Assembly: GCF_009914755.1 (NCBI RefSeq) | Contig: NC_060929.1 | From: the human T2T-CHM13v2.0 reference genome, Homo sapiens | DNA length: 64,000 bases | Direction: 5' to 3' (one strand) | Part shown: positions 58,946 through 64,000 of the stretch, piece by piece | How the letters are laid out: every line of letters begins with the position of its first letter | Position numbering within the stretch: position 1 is the stretch's first letter | Notes under the pieces: model-generated | The model's database searches: none | Told to the model about the DNA's origin: nothing | What the model saw: only the letters and a program-made list of their open reading frames with translations | Program-made: the position numbers and the translations under genes

Positions 58946-60529
58946 ATTCATCTTCAGATATTCTACCTTCCCTTATCGGGTTTCCACTCCCAGACTCTTT
59001 TCATGTTCGAAGAGCCTGACCTCTTAAAACGCATACCATTCTTAAAGACTTTGCTATACTTTTCTAGTATCAAAGCCCAGTACACTAGTACTTGCCTGAC
59101 AAGACTGATGAGGAACCAGCTATAGTCCTGCCAGACACTAAGGTGAGAAGTAGATTCTGTCTAGGCATTCTGCCAAAGTGGGAAGTTAAAAAATTAAAAC
59201 AAAGCTGAAGACCAAATACCAGAGGGTGTTGTGGGGAGAAGGAAAGCAAACTGTAGCACTCAGATTGGAGAAGATCTTGAACAAATGGGGTAATTAAAAA
59301 GGAAAACCATGAATTTAGCACAGGGGAGGTATCATGGGGAATAATTCTCAGAAACTCTAAGAATTGACATTGAAAACTCTTATCTAAGTTCCTAATGTGA
59401 CTTATGCTTCCTATAAGACATAAATAATTACCTTATTAACCATCCCTTCCCTATTTTCTTATAGTGTAGCTCTACCGTTTTAATGTAAGCCTCGTTGCTA
59501 CTTGGCATTGTAATATTCATTGATTTACTACATTTTTACAGCCTGTTTATTTATTTTATCCAGTCTTCCTTTTTGTATTTGATGTTTTACTTTTTGTTCA
59601 TTTTGACACATTTTAAATTTTATTAGTTTTTATATTTGTTATGAGCAATAGCAACTCAAACATTCAATTACTTTTTGCTTGAATGAGCCACCCAAATTTT
59701 CCATTTCATTGATCTTTTAAATACATTTATTTTAAGAACCTAAACTTTAACAGGAAAAAGAAAATAATTACTCAGAAAACAAACATGAAAAGAATACTCA
59801 TCTTTAAAAGGATTTTCAAAAATTACTATAAGAATAACAGTGAAATGAAATAACCTTGTAATTTTGATAATGGATTTGAAGAGGACTTTACCTTGTTCTA
59901 TAAATTAAAGAGTGTAATGATATGATGATATAGTTGGAATCTAACTCAGTAATTAAGTTGACCATTGCTTTTAACCATTTTTCCCTACAAGTTAACTTGA
60001 TGAATTTATGCAAAACCATGAATAAGGGAAAAATAAAGATTCAACTCATGATAAATTTAATGTAGGGATAAAAATAAATAAATAATAAATAAATAAAGTG
60101 ACAACATGTTGTTGACAAAAAATGTTGGACTTCCATTGGGTGAGCTGTGTGGCATTATGCATTCCCTTTGGAAGTTTTTAAGTGTTGTATCCAATTCTTC
60201 CTGTACTTAGGGGCTGAACTAATCTACTTCTGAAATAAGTTATATGCAATATAATTTCAATAAAAGGGTTAAGGTGTTAATGAGTTAAAACATTATTTTC
60301 AAGTAAAATTCCATGATAATGTTCAAGATTTTCAGCAAAGCTATTCATTAAAAGATGGATAAATTCCTCTGAGTATTTCATCATATTTATTTCTACCTTT
60401 TATTCTAAGAATTCTCTTTAAATACCTAAAGCTTAAATGCTAGAAACCAGTTGTTAAAATCATAAAGAAATAAAGAAAAAGGAGTTACTGATAGAAATCA
60501 TCCACAAAGAGACACTTTTTAATCCAGCA

Positions 60530-61010
60530 GTTGGAAGCTAAGAAAAAAGAATCTTGAAAGCAGCAAGAGAGGAGTGATTTATCATATACAATGATTCTTC
60601 AGTAAAATAGCAGCTGATTTCTCAGCACAAACTATGAATGCCAGAAGGCAGTGGGATGACATATTTAAAGTGCTGAAAGAAGATAACTTTCAACCAAGAA
60701 TTCTGTATCTGGCCAAAGTATCCTTAGAGAAATCAAAGAGAAACTAAGACATTCTTAGGTAAACAGAAGCTGAGATAGTTCTTTGCTAGTAGGCCTGCTC
60801 TACAAGAAATGCTTACTGTATTACCTTCCTTCAGGCAGAAATAAAAGGACACTGGAAAGTAACTCAAAGCCATATGAATAAAAAGAACACTAGTAAAATG
60901 CAATATAATTACATTTTTGGTTTGTCATTTTATATATTGTCTTTATATTATTTAAAAGACAAATAAATAAAATGATAATTATAAATATATTAATGGGTAC
61001 ACAGTATATA
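60530..61010 (+). mobile_element. Old L1M ORF1 3' part and inter-ORF region
   Basis: gaatcttgaaagcagcaagaga, gccagaaggcagtgggatgacatatttaaagtgctgaaaga, caaccaagaattctgtatctggc. Confidence 0.85.
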
Positions 61011-61164
61011 AAGGAATAAGAAAATGATATTATATTTTTTAAAGTATATTCAAAGAAGGAAAACAGAAGTATTAGGGACTAAAGATATGGTAGAAAATTA
61101 AAAACTCAAGCTAAATATTGAAGGATAATGTTGAGGAAAATCCCTCAAAGCAAAATATATTCTC

Positions 61165-63640
61165 CAAGATTGTGGCTTGTCTTTTTATTCTTCTGACAAT
61201 GTTATTTTGTTTTCTTTTGTTTTGTTTTTGAAGAGTAGACAATCTAGAATCTGATAAGATCCAATTCAGCATTTATTTTTCTTTTATTGATTGTGCTTTC
61301 ATTATTATATCTAAGAAATCCTTTTTACTAACTCAGATCAAACAGGTTTTCTTCATGTTTTACACTAGAAGTTATAATCTTAGGTTTTATATTTAAATCA
61401 ATGATTAATTTTGACTTAACTTTTGTTTATTGTCTGAGGTGTGAGTTAATGTTCATTTTTTGCTGCTCTATATTCATTTATTTCAAAACCATCTGTTTTA
61501 AGAAAGATTCTTTACCACTAAATTGTCTTTTCACTATACTTATTATTTTTATCACATCTATATAGTACCTTACAGCATTCAAACCTGCTAAACTGATTTA
61601 TCACTTTTAATAGCTTATTTATAGATTCATTTGGATTTTCTATGCAATCTTTATTCATTTGTGAATAAAGCTACTTATAATTGTTCCTTTAAATATGGAT
61701 GCTATTCCTTTCCTTTTATTGTCTTATTGCACTGGCTGGAAGCTCAGTATAATATGAATGAATGTGTGAGAGTCAACACACATAATCTATTTCTGGTATT
61801 AAGAAGAAAATATTCAGTTTTTTATCATCAAACATTATATTAGCTGCATGTATTTTCTAGATATTTTTAATGGGGTTTAGCAAGCTTTTTTTCTTTCCTG
61901 GTTTACTGAGAATCAAGAGGTTTGTTTTTTAATGAATAGTTGTGCATTTTATCACAATTTTTTCTGTATTTGATTATGTACAGTTTTATAGATATGTAGT
62001 TTTCTCTTTTCATTCTGTTAATATGGTGGTAACTGTTTTTTTTTCAATATTAAACAATTTGCTTTACTATAAATAGCGCTTACTTTATTATAAATAGGGT
62101 TTATAGTAAAGCAAATTGTTTAATATTCAAAAAACAATATACTATAAATCCTATTTTGTCATTATATTATTTTTATGTACTGTTGGATTTGAAATGTCAA
62201 AATTTTGTTAACAATTTCTGGACCTATGTTGATAAGGAATATTTGACTGCAGTTTTGTTTTCTTATAATGCCTTTGCCTGGGCTTGGGATCAGTGTAATT
62301 CTTGTCTCATACAATGAACAAGAAAGCATTCTCTTTTTTTAAAATTTACTAGAAGAGTTTTTATAGAATTAGCATTATTTCTTACTTGGAAGTTTGATAG
62401 AAATCCTATGATGGTTGATATTAGGTGTCAACTTGACTAGGTTGAGGGATACCTAGATGACTGGTAAAGTATTGCTTCTAGGTGTATCTGTGAGGGTGTT
62501 GCCAGAGGAGATTGACATTTGAGTCAGTGGACTGGGAGAGGAAGATCCACCCTCAGTGTTAGTAGGCATCATCCGATTGGCCTCCAGAGTTGCTAGGGCA
62601 AAGCAGGTGAAAGAAGGGAGATAGGTAGTTTTCCAAGTCCTTTTGCTCTCTCCGTTTCTTTCTGTGCTGGATGCTTGCTCCATCTCCTCCTGCCCTTGAA
62701 TATCAGACCCCAGGTTCTTTGGCCTTTGGACTCTGGGACTTGCATCACTGGCCTCCTGGGGGCTCTCAGGCCTTTATCCTCAGACTGAGGGTTGCACTAT
62801 CAGCTTCCCTGGTTTTTGAGGCTTTTGTACTTGGCCTGAACCATGCTACCAGCTTCTCTCTTTCCTTAGTTTGCAAATGGTCTGTTGTGGGACTTCATCT
62901 TGTAATCATGTGAATCAATTCTCCCTAATAAACTTCCTTTTATATATACATATATGCTATTGGTTCTCTCTGGAGAACCCAGAGTAATACAAATCCCCAG
63001 TAAAACCATCTGTGTTTGGAGTTCACTTTGTGGAAAGGATTTAAATATGAAATCAATTTATTTAATAAATATAGAATAAGTCTAATTGCTCAATTCTTCT
63101 TAAGTATGTTTTGGAGTTTGTATCTTTCAAGAAACCATCTATTTTATTTAAGTTTTTCTTTTATGGGCATAGAATTGTTTGTGTAATATTCATTTACCTA
63201 TTTAACATCAGTGGGATTTCTAGTGATATATCTTCATTCCTGATGTTGTCTGATATTAGTCATCCATTGTTCTCTCTCTGACTCTCTGTCCATCTCTCTG
63301 TCCATCTCTCCCTCCTGCCCTCCCTCCCTCTCCCCCTCCCCCTCCCTCTTCTTTGTTAGATTGCTGGAGGTTTGTCAATTTTTGATATTCTTAAAAGACA
63401 GATACTGGTTTGGTTGATTTTATCTCTTTTTCTGTTTTGAGTGAAATTGATTTCAGCTCTTATTACTTCTCTAAATTTTCATTTATTTTGTTCTTTTTCT
63501 AGTTTTGTGAGATGGGAGCTTAAATTATTGATGTGATGTTTTTTTTTCTCTTTTCCGACATAGGTATTGAGTATAATGCATTTCTCTCTACGTATTGTTC
63601 TAGCTGTGTTCCACAGACTTTGAAATTTTTCATTTTTATT
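61165..63640 (-). mobile_element. Old L1M ORF2 (antisense), interrupted by MLT2A2
   Basis: ttttacactagaagttataatcttagg, cttattgcactggct, tgttgataaggaatatt, cagtaaaaccatctg, gcatttctctctacgtattgttctagctg. Confidence 0.8.
62407..62991 (+). mobile_element. MLT2A2-like solo LTR (HERV-L)
   Basis: tatgatggttgatattaggtgtcaacttgact...gtaataca; perfect 5-bp TSD aatcc (62402-62406 / 62992-62996); colinear with 39069-39646. Confidence 0.9.
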
Positions 63641-63651
63641 GTAACATATAA

Positions 63652-64000
63652 TTTATTTTATTTTATTATTATTATACTTTAAGTTTTAGGGTACATGTAC
63701 ACAATGTGCAGGTTTGTTACATATGTATACATGTGCCATGCTGGTGTGCTGCACCCATTAACTCATCATTAAGCATTAGGTATATCTCCTAATGCTATCC
63801 CTCCACCCTTCCCCCACCCCACAACTGTCCCCAGAGTGTGATGTTCCCCTTCCTGTGTCCATGTGTTCTCATTGTTCAATTCCCACCTATGAGTGAGAAT
63901 ATGTGGTGTTTGGTTTTTTTGTTCTTCCAATAGTTTACTGAGAATGATGATTTCCAATTTCACCCATGTCCCTACAAAGGACATGAACTCATCATTTTTC
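63652..64000 (-). mobile_element. L1PA3-like 3' end, runs off the window
   Basis: ttattatactttaagttttagggtacatg...cccacctatgagtgagaatatg...gtccctacaaaggacatgaactc. Confidence 0.93.

Overview
Human genomic DNA, identified by a near-consensus, human-specific AluYb9. The window is AT-rich and dominated by repeats; I found no intact protein-coding gene, RNA gene or CRISPR-like array, and nearly all ORF-track entries are L1, ERV or Alu remnants or chance ORFs. The standout is a ~1.75-kb retrotransposed insertion at 3702-5477. It carries one SHQ1 coding exon (exon 4 by my recollection) with both splice sites and flanking introns. Its 16-bp target-site duplication, AATAAA plus poly(A) tail and internal inversion indicate an unspliced ANTISENSE SHQ1 transcript inserted by L1 machinery with twin priming (orphan transduction-like). 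Other content: a THE1D solo LTR split by an L1PA4-like insert and a full-length, env-deleted HUERS-P/LTR28-like provirus; a full-length dead L1PA3 retaining the ~129-bp ZNF93-target segment; a Y1 RNA pseudogene; solo LTRs (MER50, MLT2A2, MLT2B, MST, LTR33); several Alus; old L1M/L2/MIR/MER5 debris; and several small templated or fold-back duplications. Family names come from recalled consensus sequences, not from a database search, and boundaries of old elements are approximate.
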